This document shows, piece after piece, positions 10,261 through 23,000 of a stretch of 32,415 bases of DNA. This stretch comes from Oopsacas minuta. Lineage: Eukaryota > Animalia > Porifera. Under the pieces are notes generated by a model. That model saw nothing but the letters and a program-made list of their open reading frames with translations. It did not search any database and was not told where the DNA came from. The position numbers and the translations under genes were made by a program. Location of the stretch: the NCBI GenBank assembly GCA_024704765.1, contig JAKMXF010000076.1, forward strand, positions 1 through 32,415. Direction: 5' to 3'. Numbering within the stretch: position 1 is the stretch's first letter; every line of letters starts with the position of its first letter.

Positions 10261-13200
10261 ATGCAACTTCATTTCGTGAAGTCTCTAATGTCAGCAGGAG
10301 ATTCTCCTTGTAAGATAACTGCTATATGTTGTTCACCTAACAACTTAAAGATAGCAGTAGTTACAGCAGACAGGGTAGTGTATCTATATGATGAGATAGG
10401 AGAGCGGAGAGATAAGTTTGCTACCAAGCCTGCTGATCCTTCTCTAGGCAAGAAGCATTATCAGGTTATTTTTAGAGGCTGTTCAAAGGAATTACTATAT
10501 GCGGATGAGATAATTCCTCAAATTGCATCAGTATGTAACCGTTAAACCTATATAGAGACGCTTGAAAGTCAATATTTTTTCTGCGGAATACAAACTTGTT
10601 TTTACTTATACCGATTCTAGAATAAAGGCTGTCATTTCCGAACACAATTCATTCGTGTCCATCTTTACATGATAATATATATTCTACAGGTGAAAGGGTT
10701 AGGATTTTCTCCTGACAGCACTAAGCTAGCAGTAGGACAGACAGACAATATAATATTTGTATACAGAATAGGAGAGCAGTGGGGAGAGAAGAAAGTAATC
10801 TGTAATAAGTTCATACAACAGAGTGCTATAACGTGTCTTGTATGGCCACATGAACAGTCTCATTTTGTATTTGGCACTGCTGAAGGAAAGGTAAATTAAT
10901 ATTTGGATTATCCCTCATTTTACTGTAGATCTGTGGAATAAGAAAATTCATTCGCCCAACTTGGGTTGAGCTTCGTTATAACGGGAGATGACTATTACTA
11001 AAAAGTTTCAGAGATAATGTTACACTGAAATTACGTCCAATATTTCCTATGCTTCTCTCTGATTGTATATATTAACTATATCCTACATATACTTATACAG
11101 GTTCGTCTCGCAAATGTGAGAGCTAACAAGAGTCACACTCTATTCGCTACAGAGTCATACGTAGTATCTCTAGCTAGCAGCCCATCAGGTAAATCTATAG
11201 TATCAGGACATGCTGACAATTCTATAGTACACTATTCACTGGAGGCAGGGGAGGGGGCTATAGGAGCACAGGGACAATTGTGTAGACATTCATGCCCCCC
11301 GTATGCTCTGGCCTGGGTAGGTCAAGCTATTATAGCAGCTGGGAATGACAAGCATGTGAGTTTTTACAGCGAAGAGGGTAAGCTTATTCAGAATATGGAT
11401 CATTCTATTGATACAGAAGAGAAGGAGTTTACTGTAGCAGCTGGAGCTCCAGGAGGGCAAGCTGTAGCTATTGGAAGCTTTGATAGGATTAGGGTAAGGC
11501 AATATACGTAACATAAACAGCTGTTCTCAACCTTGAGTCTGCAGAATCTCAAAATGTTTTGCAGTCTATGGAGGCGTCCACGGGTGAATGGTTGGGAACC
11601 GCTGATATATGGGATAACATAGATACTGGTAGGTAACTTAACTTCCATATACGGAAATTCACTATATTATTGAATAATTATTCTGAGAAAGCCCATACTT
11701 ATACGAATCCTTCATTTACAAGTACAGTATTACCTCCACAAACGGGGTGACAGGGACGCCGAAAATGCTACCGCATTTCTGGCAAATTCCAGTTTGTAGA
11801 GGTTCATTTTTGTGGGAATATGAACTCGTTCTATTCATCTTTCACTCCGTTTGCAGGAATTTGCCAATATAAGTATGTACATTGGAAAGGGAGTGGAATA
11901 ATTGGTAACTTGCTTGCAATGTGTTTCTGTGCTTCCTTCACTCCGTAAATGAACCCTAGCAAACTATTCTGAGATACTCAGGTCAGCAACTAATCTCAGA
12001 TTCTCTCCCCCAGGTATACTCATGGTCTCCTAAAAATTGTCACTGGGATGAGACAGGAGGAATAGATATAGCTAATCTCTATACAGTTACGTCACTAGCC
12101 TGGAAGAAAGATGGTAGCAAGCTTATAGTTGGCGGGCTGTGTGGATCAGCTGATATGTTTGATTGCTGTCTTAGACGTAGTGTGTATAAACAAAAGTTTG
12201 AAATGACTTATGTAGGTCTTAGTCAGGTTATTGTTAAGAATTTAACTTCTGGAGCTAGAGTTATACTCAAATCTCATTATGGATATGAAATTGAACAGGT
12301 ATTATTGTTTGATTATTGAAGCGTTCCCGTTGTATCGAGGCTATAGGAACCGCGATAATTATGTGTATGCTAATTTTTGACGGTTTGGGACCTTATTCAT
12401 GCAACTTCAGACTTAGATATAAGCGTGTATATAGATATATCCGTATTTCGATAGACTGTATTATCCTTATTTCTCTCTCTCTCTCCTCCAGGTAAAGATA
12501 ATGGGGAATGATCGCTACCTTGTTGCTCACACATCAGATACCCTCCTATTAGGAGACCTGACTACCTGCAGACTGAGTGAGGTAGCATGGGGTGAATCAG
12601 GAGGTAATGAGAAGTTCTACTTTGAGACAGAATCTGCTTGTATGATATTCAACGTAGGAGAATTAACACTAGTGGAATATGGAACTAATGAAGTGTTAGG
12701 TTCTGTTAGAACAGAGTTTATTAATCCACATTTAGTGTCTCTCAGGATTAATGAGAGAAGGTATTTGATACATAAAATGCATAACGATCGTAATGAATTG
12801 GGGCAATCCCTGGCACACCGGTTGTGGAGGTTACAGTGTGTACACGTATATTGCATGTAGATTGCGGAATACAGATTCAATAAAGAAGATAGCCTATCTC
12901 CTTGATGCTAAGACAATATCAGTATGCGATCTATCTGATAATTACAATCAAAATACACACACACATGAGAACCGTATTGACTGGCTAGAACTCAATGAAA
13001 CATGTCGTAAACTTCTATTCAGAGATAAGAAAATGAGATTACATTTATTAGACTTAGAAACGAACAAAAGAACATCACTCTTAGAGTATTGTAGCTATGT
13101 ACAGTGGGTACCTCAGAGTGATGTGGTTGTAGCTCAGGGTAGAGGGTCTCTGTGTGTTTGGTATAATATAGATTCTCCTGAGAGACAAACTACCTTTGCT

Positions 13201-16200
13201 ATGAAAGGAGATATCATTGAGTTGGAAAGGATGGATGGAAGAACAGAGGTATTTTTTAGGGAGAAATTTTGAAATAAATCATGTGATAATCACCAATCTC
13301 TTCATTAACATAGCATATTGTCTAGGTTGTTGTTCAGAGTGGAGTAGACACAGTATCATATACACTAGACGAAGGCTTAATAGAATTCGGTACAGCTATA
13401 GATGATGGAGACTATGGAAGAGCAGTAATGTTCTTAGAATCTTTAGAATTGTCTCCAGAGACAGAAGGAATGTGGCAAACACTAGCAACCCGAGCACTTG
13501 AGGAAAGTGAAGTATTAGTTGCGGCAAGGAGCTTCGCAGCTGTAGGGAATATGTCCAAAAGTTTATATCTTCAAAAGACAATATCTTTGATTGAGAAAGA
13601 AACTGATTCTTTTATAGTAATGCCTGCAGATGTAGCTCAGCATTGGATATGTAAAGCCAGATTAGCAGCACTTAATGGAGATCTGAGGAGAGCTGAGATG
13701 ATTTATTTGGAACAAGGGAAAGTACAGAACGCTATGGAGGTATACGGAATATTTTGTATATAGTATAGTAGAAGTTTTGAAATACAGCGGAACCCCTCAA
13801 GGGTGCAAACTCAGTGGCAGTCCTAGGGGGGGGGGGGGCAAGCAAACGGAACATTTGCCCTGGGTTTGAAATCGGAGTTCGGGCTGTGGGTATGTTAGAT
13901 CCTGGGACCGCAGAACTGGAGGAAAGTATAGTGAAAACCTTGCCATTTTCGTTCATTCTATCGGTCTCAGAATATATTTAATTCTCAATACTTCTGTAGT
14001 TATATCAGATACTACACATGTGGGAAGAAGCACTACGTGTAGCTAGAGATAACAACCTACCAGATTTATCTACACTGAAAGATGGATTTCTTAAACATCT
14101 AATTGAGACCGGACAGGAACAGAGAGCAGCAGCTCTGAAGGAGAAAGAAGGAGAATTCTCAGAAGCAATTAATCTATACATGCGAGCTGGTTTACCCACT
14201 AAGGCTTGTTCTATTCTACTACAGCATTCTACACTTATTCATCAGAATGAAATTATGGAGAGGATCGCGTCTGCTCTAATTAAGGGGGGACTATATGAGA
14301 AAGCTGGGGAGTTATTTGAGAAGGTAGGTTATATTGGATAGCATATTTATATACTAGAACTACCAAATACTACCAAATTATAATGTCCTATCTTAGGTGA
14401 GTATGTTTGCTCGTGCCTTAGAGAACTATAGGAAAGGCAGGGCATACCGTAAAGCAGTAGAATTAGCTCGTCAGATGTTCTCGAATGACGTAGTTATGCT
14501 AGAAGAGGAATGGGCAGCTTATCTTAGAGATAAGAAACAATTTGATTCTGCCATCAACCATTTCATAGAAGCCGGCTCGTTGAGCTCAGCAGCTGAATGC
14601 GCTATTTCAGCTAAACAATGGAATAAAGCTACTCAAATAATTGATACACTAGAAGGTGACGTAGCTCTGAAGTTCTACAAACAATTAGCAGACTATTATA
14701 TGAGTGTTAAGCAGTATGAGCTAGCTGAGAAGTATTTTGATAAATCTGGTCTAACTAGGAGCGCTGTTAATATGTATACTGATGCTGGTATGTGGGAGGC
14801 TGCTCATAAACTAGCATTGAGGTAGTTATACATTAGTTACAGATATGTATATGTGGTATTTTGAACCGCTCTTCCGTATATATAGATGCATGTCTGGAGA
14901 AGAGGTAGAAATACTGTATGCTAATCAAGCTAAAGATTTTGAAGTGAAGGGTCGTTTGAAGGAAGCAGAGAGAATATACATTATGATAGAAGATCCTGAT
15001 AAAGCTATAGCTATGTATAAGAAACATAGACAGTATGATAACATGATCAGACTCATTGGAGTGTACTATAAGGTACAATTAATATTATCCAAAGGTTACC
15101 AGCAATTGAGATTTCTCAAATATTATTCGAAGGTTTTTTGGAATCCTGGAAATATTTCTATTTTTACAGTATTTCTGGATATTTTCGGGTATAATATGGA
15201 GAATAACAGAAAAAATACTGAAAATCCAGTGATTTGGCAATGTAAATCCCGAGAAATTTGTAAAATTGGTTGACCGCTAAGACAGGGGCGGTCACTGGAT
15301 CTAGCATAGCCGGACAACGAATTTAAACCCATGAAAATACCCCGTTTGCTCCTCTGAGGATCACCACTGGCTACAACCGCTATGAATGTATTGATTATGA
15401 TCGTACAGCGCGAAAATGTACTTACCTTATATGGTCAAACAAGTTAATTACAGTTCCACTTGTAATTATAATGTGTTATAGGATCTATTGAATGACTCAC
15501 ACATACGCGTAGCTAAAGAACTTGAATCAGAAGGAAGCTACAAAGAATCAGAGCAGCATTATCTATCAGCTAAAGATTGGAAGTCCGTATGTCATATGTA
15601 CCGTAATCAGGATATGTGGGAGGATGCGTACAGGGTAGCAAAGACCCATGGAGGTCTTGGTCCAGCTAAACAGGTCGCTATACCATGGGCTAAACACCTG
15701 GGAGGTGAATCAGCGGTTAAGCTGTTGAATAAACTCAATATGTTAGAAGAGTCTATTGATTATGCAGCTGAACATTCTGCTTTTGATTTTGCATTTGAGA
15801 TAGCAGGTAGTGCTGTTAAGTCTAAACTACCTGAATTACATCTCAAGTATGCTATGCATCTAGAAGATGAGGGAAAGTAAGTTACTTAACAGATTACCGT
15901 CTATGCTTTACGAGCGTAATGAATCAGAACACTATATTTTAGAGTTACTTTTTCCTCCAATTCTACCAAAATTTTCCACATTTTTGCTCTTTTTTGATCT
16001 TCGAAAATTCAAAATACATTTTTGGCACTACTACGTTTTACCCAATTCCCACAAAAACCCGAAATTTTACACTTTTGGATATTCACAATATGTATTCACC
16101 AAATGTATTCACGTAAATTTCCAAATTACAGATACTCAGAAGCAGAGGAGAGCTTCATTAAGGCCTCCCGTCCAAAGGAAGCTGTGTTAATGTACGTACA

Positions 16201-19200
16201 CACTCACCAATGGGAAGATGCACAACGGGTAGCAGAGCTACACGACCCAGCCTCTCTCAAAGATGTTCTCATAGGTCAAGCTAAGTTTAGTTTTGAAGAG
16301 AAGAACTTCCAGCAAGGAGAAGCTTATCTACTAAGAGCACAGAGGCCTGATTTAATAGTTAGTATATACTTAGAGAGTGAACAATGGCATGATGCTATGC
16401 GTGTAGCAAGAGAGTATGTGCCTCAGATGTTGGATGACGTCAAGGAGAAGATGTTGTCTAGGAGTTCTGGGAGTGCGAGAGATCTCCTGGAGCAGGCTAA
16501 GAGATGGGAACAGGCTGGTGATCCTGGGAGAGCTGTTGAGGTAGAATTAACTCATTTAATATAGAATTTATTGACACTATAGACTATACAAAAGTACTTT
16601 CATATGTATACGCATGCTTTTCTTGCTCGAGGCGTTAAGTTGCATCTAATCTCAAGTTTGTAGCTCTTCCTAGTTCTGTAATCACGTGCTAATGTTTTGT
16701 GATATGACTTACCTTTAGATATATCTCCAATTGAATAGAGAGATAATAGATGATGCAGAGCTACTGACATCAGCCTGGTGTAAAGCAGCAGAGCTAGCTA
16801 TTAAATTTATACCCACTAGAGCTCCTACAATGGTACTAGAGATTACTGATAGACTCACTGAGGTTAGGAAGTATATGGAAGCTGCTGAGATACTGCTAGA
16901 GGTAATTATGTGATTACATTAATGGTGATAATAGCATACCTACTACCCTCAATGGTTGTGTGGACAGTGCAAGAAGTTGCCCATGTCTCCAGGGATCGGA
17001 TTCACTCCATATTTTCAGTGATTTGTATGCGTTAGGTGATCCATAGACATTATTTCAGAGCTAGATACAATACCTACTAGAGCAGTGGTTCCCATCCTTT
17101 CACCCGTAGACCCCCAGTGCCATTTTAACACTTCTTTGGATCCCTCTCATAGACTTCAATACAAATTTTGAGATCCCATGGACCACCCTGCTGTCAAGCG
17201 TAGACCACAAATATTTACCAGTTATACATCTTGACTCGTATAAATTCAGACCTATCTTACCAATCTGTATCTTACCAGGTTAATCTTACAAAAGATGCTC
17301 TAGACCTCTTGATGTCTGGAGAACACTGGGAGAAAGCACGTCAAGTAGTTACAGACAGAGCTCCTCATCTTAGAGAGTATGTAGAGTCTGCTTACACACA
17401 GAAGGTTAGAGATAGACAACAACCGGATGAAATTGTTAATGTAGATGTGTCAGCTGCTTTAGAGTTGTATGCTGATTCCAATAAATGGGAGAAATGTCTA
17501 CAGGTTAGAATATATTATACATATGTTTTCCGTAGACTCTATTCTGCGAAATCTAGCGGCCAGCGATCCGATCAACTTGAAAATTGGTACATATATACAT
17601 TTTGAGGTGTAGATTTGCGCGTGCGTATTAACTAAGGTGAATATTTATGTGATTAATCAAATTTTCACACCTTTCAAAATGTAAAATTCAAAAGCATGCT
17701 GGAGATTAGGTTTGAATATCTTGTCAAGGGTAATTGTGTAGATAGCATCCGATTTTGAGATTTTTAGAGCATGAATTGACAAATACCAAATTTCTCATAT
17801 TATTAATCACATTTCACATATTGACATATATTTCAAAATAATGCTAGAATTTTCATTTTAACAGCTAGCAGGAGTGAATTGGTATGGGAATTCTAAATTC
17901 GATATTTTCAACTTGATATCTCCATGATTGATCATATTTTTCAGACCTTCTAGTTTATAATTCAAAATGTTGTATATTTCCATCTTTAGGTTGCAGAGAG
18001 CACTAAGAACGAGCAACTCTTAAACAAATACATAGCACGTTATGCTGCTATCCTAATTAAGGACGGTAACATGCTACAAGCATTAAGATTGTATAAGAAG
18101 TACGGAGCTCCTCCTACACCACAGAACTTTAATATTTACAAGAGAATAGCTCTAGATCTGTTATCTCAGCCTTTCACTGGATTAGCTCTATTCTCTTCTT
18201 ATTCTGAGCTTAGAGATATGTTATATGATTTGATTATCGGTTTTAGGGTAAGTATGTATTCTGTATTAACTAGAAGAGAAGTACGCTAGTGGGCTAATAG
18301 TTAGGGAATCGCTGATTTAATGTACGCATTATTCCGCTAGTGTAATTACTTTCGTATTATTAATAGAAAGCTTCACTTGACGAGACAGAAGACTGTCAGC
18401 TATTCAATAAGCTCCTCTTTATAACTCACTGGCATTGTATCAGATCAGCATGTCATCCTCACAAACAGCTGAGTGCTTTATCAGCTAAAATATCAGTATC
18501 ACTACTACGCTATACAGATCTATTACCAGCTGATAAATGCTTCTATGAAGCAGGTTGTGCAGCTAAAGAACAAGGATGGGGAGGAATGGCATTTGTGTTT
18601 TTGAATAGGTTCTTAGATCTGTGTGATGCTATTGATGAACAGAATTTGGATGGATTAGATCATTCGGATTTCTTAGATACTGATATTCCGTTTGAAATAC
18701 CGCTACCCGCTACTTGTACTATACCAGAGGTTAAGAGGGAGGAAGCTAAAGAGTGGGTACTTACAGTGTCTGTTGATCAAGTGAGTTATGTTTGTAAACG
18801 GTATTATTGTATTTTTGTAAACTGATAATGGTCAATGAATTCGTTTTCGAGGAAGAAGTCCAATTTTGTGGAATTCTGTCGAACAACTCCTTGGTATCAC
18901 GATACTGACAATATATTGTCTCTTCGTTACAATGTAACCTCCACAAATTGGAATTTTTCGGGGAAACGGGGTAGCTTTTATCGGCATAGCTTGCACTTCG
19001 TTTGTGTAGGTTACACTATAATAACATATCATATAAATTCTTATAGAGTGTAGAACAGAGCTTACCTAAAGACTTCCGTGGAGTATTCCTCGCATCTCTC
19101 ACTTCCCCTACACAAGCTAAACCAGCAATCCCCTGTATAATAACAGGCTATCCTGCTATTAAAGATATAGTAAAATTCAAATACGGTAACCATTCAGGGA

Positions 19201-19310
19201 GTAAGGAGGATTGGAATGTATTTATTCTCGGTACAAAACAAACACACAGTGCTGAATGCAATAGCATTGTTCATTTTATTACTTCATGGTGTGGCACACC
19301 TGTTAAATGA
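10261..19310 (+). CDS. IFT172: Intraflagellar transport protein 172, 17 exons, 1745 aa
   Basis: join(10261..10464,10690..10890,11101..11493,12014..12298,12492..12760,12861..13248,13326..13739,14000..14323,14397..14821,14886..15072,15482..15876,16132..16540,16719..16901,17279..17503,17990..18247,18367..18780,19047..19310). All introns are GT-AG and phase-compatible; total 5238 nt. Motifs [72 protein letters not shown]. Exons 4 and 17 are missing from the ORF track. Confidence 0.96.
11518..11604. mobile_element. 87-bp hAT-like MITE in IFT172 intron 3
   Basis: TIRs cagctgttctcaacc / ggttgggaaccgctg (reverse complement cagcggttcccaacc), resembling Charlie-type hAT ends. No 8-bp target-site duplication is retained. 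Confidence 0.6.
12323..12460 (+). mobile_element. Degenerate copy of the MITE family also at 20514..20640 and 27569..27675 (IFT172 intron 4)
   Basis: Shares the 17-mer tttgacggtttgggacc with the 27569..27675 copy, shares a ggaaccgc segment with the 20514..20640 copy (reverse strand), and ends in ...gactgta. Confidence 0.55.
17083..17207 (+). mobile_element. hAT-like MITE fragment in IFT172 intron 13, homologous to 26377..26527
   Basis: Starts cagtggttcccat. Core 17158..17207 aatacaaattttgagatcccatggaccaccctgctgtcaagcgtagacca aligns with 26434..26482 aatacaaattttgagatcctatggactccctggtgtcgcccgtagacca. Confidence 0.65.
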
Positions 19311-20098
19311 ATTATACGAGCTATGTGTTATCTATCCTCCTACCATATATCTGTTTATCAAGATTAGTTATTTGTGCTGTGTGGTATTTATTATTATTTT
19401 CGCCATTCGAAGCTATAACTTAGATAGAGTAGAACTTGACTATTTCTTTCCTATTCAGTTCTATGCAATCCTAATTCAGATAAGACGAACCATTTTCCGA
19501 TGGATGGTTCTTATAACCGGTGTTCTTAGCTGTGTAGGTTAATACATGGATCTCTGCTCTTTAGTTATTCATGACTAATATTAACGAGAGCGAACTAAAT
19601 TGCAGAACAACTAGGTTGAGGCAGAACTTGCATTCAACTCTACAGAAAAAAGATATAGAGATAGTTCCCCCTTCCGATCCCATTTCCCATTATTACTTAT
19701 AGATAGCCCCAGTCCATTATGTGGCGTTGTATACATGTTCCAAAGTATCAGTAATGGTACTATAGATCTCTAGTAGTTCTAGAGTCTAGACATATAACGT
19801 AGGCCTTTGGACGAAGCTCGAATCTGAAATGACCAACGTGACAAATAGTCAAAACTGAATTATTGATTTTTTAATAAGTAAAAACAGTTCGATTGAAGAC
19901 AACATTAAATAACCGGAATAATGCCCGGTATTGTTTCCCCCATGGCCGCATGGGATATATAACTCTATACAGAAATTATTAGCGGTTTCTAGCAACACAG
20001 AACGCTGACTACTGAGTCACTGACTATAAATCATTTGCATTAAGTAACAGCAACCAGTAATTGTATCAACTAATTAGCTCTCAACACTATACTATTCT

Positions 20099-23000
20099 AT
20101 GGCCTTACTGAGTGGCAAGCTTACGCCAATGAAACTTGATTTCTCAGATGATGCCAATGACATACCCGGGGGAGAAGATCTTGACCTCTTAACACCTGAC
20201 AACTCCTTCCTACACCTATCCCCTAGTATACTAACCCCCAATACGTCAGGTGATTTCCCTCTGTCCGCATCTACACTAGGCTCTTTTGCGGGTAATGATA
20301 GAAAAAATAGGATTAGTAGAAGGAGATCTAGCGTTATAGGAAGCTGTCTTACTCCTCCTCCTAAGCATAGACGGACTTCTAGACAGCTTAAGAATGATTC
20401 TCAATCTTCTATTCATGATACAGAGAAAGGTATTACGTGTATATGTATAATTGCTAGTCATAGTTTTCATGCTAACTTTAGCGTACTAAAATATTTACTC
20501 CTAAAAATTATGATACAGTCAACTCAAGTCTTATATTGTACAAATATGGTCCCAAAAAGTCAAAGTAGCAAAATTTCATTGGTCATACCCGAGTAAGTAT
20601 TGCGGTTCCTTAAGCTTCGATGTAACGGGAGTTGATTGTGTGTTGTGTATAACTCTATGTATCCATGTCTTCTGATATGAACTATGTATATACTCTATGC
20701 TGTTTTGCAAACTGATAGAATTTTATACGTGCATATTCATTAGAAAGTTTATTTCTGTATTAATGAGAACTTATCTATCCTAGATATAGAAACCCCAGAC
20801 GAATCTCCTATCCCCAGCACCACAACACTAGGTACACCCCCTTCTTCCTCTCAGAAACTAGGTACAGACATGTGTCAGCTGTGTCTCTTTGAACAACCAC
20901 AAACACCTAACACTTTACTGAAGAAAGCTCAAGAGAAACAGGAGAGTAGCAGTAGTGGTAGTCAGAGTTGTAGCAGTGATAATCAGCTGTTTACAACTCC
21001 TGTTAGTTATAATAATAGTTTCTCACAAGAAGAAGTGGACATTTCTTTTGATAAATTTCCTTCAAGGTATTTACAAACAGAATATTCGAGTACTTCTCTG
21101 GATTCTCATTTTTACTTTTGAGTTTCTTGTAAATTTATTGGGTAATTCATTGAGTTTTTTACAAGAAATTTGCAAACGCAATTTTACGAATCTACACATT
21201 TACAAATGTTCCATATTTTAGTACCTTCAGATCTAAATCACGTAGCAGACTACAGACTGCATTCACTGACTCTAGAGTAATACACCGCCGTCCTTCAGCG
21301 CGTAACATCAATCCATTTACTCCAGACCCGGTCGCTTACTCACGGAAACACAGTTCCTCTCTCCAACCCAGTCTCCATCAACTAAGTTCTCACAGAGAAA
21401 AAGATAGCACAAAGACGATAGAAGCTGGAGTAAGTGAAATGACAGAGGAGAGAGGTGAACGGAGAGATTCCAATTCTAATTCAGGTTCTAAACCTAAGAA
21501 ACTGGTACTTAGAGATAGCAATATCTCCAGATATAAACAGGAGTTCCACGAGGAGGCTCTTATTGGTCAGGGAGAGTTCAGTTCTGTTTATAAAGTAAGT
21601 TTATTTATTTTTGTTATTTAATCCGTGAAGCAACTCGTTAATAAACACAAACACTGATAAATGGCCCGATTGAATATAGAGCTCTGAATGCTATGCTAAC
21701 ACTGTTTTTTTAAGAATTTGGTTAAGAACTGAAAACGAATATTTCAATATTCTAAACACCTTTTCGGTCTGGGCATAGAGATAACCGAAGTTCGAATTAT
21801 TATTCAACTTCAGAGTTGTTACTAGAGCTGAGGAGTTTTGTCCTAGATTGCTACATACAATTCCCCCAGCAACCCCATGCTGAATCATTCATGTCACTAA
21901 AATAGGTTGCTGGAGCATGGAGGGCACCTAGCAAGCCTAGGTTACTGGATTATCCCTGTAGTCGCTTGTTAGAACCTTTGCACTTACTACATGTATTATA
22001 ACTTATATTTTCGCGTTGCATTTGCAACTTATTACAGTGAATTATTTCGGAAATAATCACATTATTTGCATTATATTTGCCTAAGGATGTCAGTGCTATC
22101 TGTAAATGAACAGAATACATCATATTCCACAAGTTACACATTGATACATGATATAACATATCTTTACAGCATCACATAAAGTTACATTATAAATTGTTCT
22201 AGAATATTCCAGTAGTCAGTTTCTGTTCTTATGACTTCTATTCAAACCTAAAATAGCATTGAGTTTACTGCAAAGAATATTCTAGATTTGAATATACACA
22301 ATAACTAATGTTCTAGAATATTCTAAATGTTCAATGCAAACCTACAGCAGATTTCAGGTTTATATAAATAATGTTAAACTTCGGAAAATTATTATAAAAC
22401 AAAATCTTCATATATTATCACGTTTACTATAACATGGCAGCCGCTATTGGTATTGATCTAGGCACCACCTATTCATGTGTGGGTATCTTCCAGCATGGGA
22501 AAGTAGAAATTATCGCTAATGACCAAGGAAATAGGACAACACCCAGTTATGTCGCATTCAATGACACAGAACGTCTGATCGGAGACTCCGCTAAGAATCA
22601 GGTTGCGATGAACCCTTCCAACACTGTCTTCGACGCTAAACGTCTTATTGGACGTCGTTTTGATGACCCTATCGTGCAGTCCGACATGAAATTCTGGCCG
22701 TTTTCCGTCGTAAACGAGGGTGGCCGTCCTAAAATCCAAGTTGAGTACAAAGGTGAAGTTAAGAAGTTCTTCGCTGAAGAGATCTCCAGCATGGTTCTCC
22801 TGAAGATGAAAGAAACTGCGGAGGCTTATCTCGGGAAAACAATCTCAGATGCAGTTGTTACCGTCCCTGCATACTTCAATGATGCTCAGAGACAAGCTAC
22901 CAAGGATGCCGGTGTAATATCAGGTCTCAATGTAATGAGGATTATCAATGAACCTACCGCAGCAGCTATCGCATACGGTCTTGACAAGAAAACAGGTGGA

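Noticed and set aside
13812-13840. cagtggcagtcctag followed by G13 in IFT172 intron 7
   Set aside because: Probably a MITE end or homopolymer; no matching terminus, and a single G run is not evidence of function.
15283-15369. Possible small TIR element (caggggcggtc ... gatcaccactg) in IFT172 intron 10
   Set aside because: TIR match is short and imperfect, with no target-site duplication and no second copy seen.
19216-19542. 108-aa hydrophobic ORF that looks like a membrane protein
   Set aside because: Out-of-frame overlap with the last IFT172 exon (true frame [17 protein letters not shown]...CGTPVK*, stop 19310), continuing into AT-rich 3' DNA and a repeat fragment.
19985-19996. GTTTCTAGCAAC, an RFX X-box-like motif
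   Set aside because: It lies upstream of WEE1, not of the ciliary genes, and no good X-box was found before CFAP44 or IFT172; could be chance.
21866-21913. 9-bp perfect inverted repeat ccagcaacc/ggttgctgg
   Set aside because: Short, single and without supporting structure.
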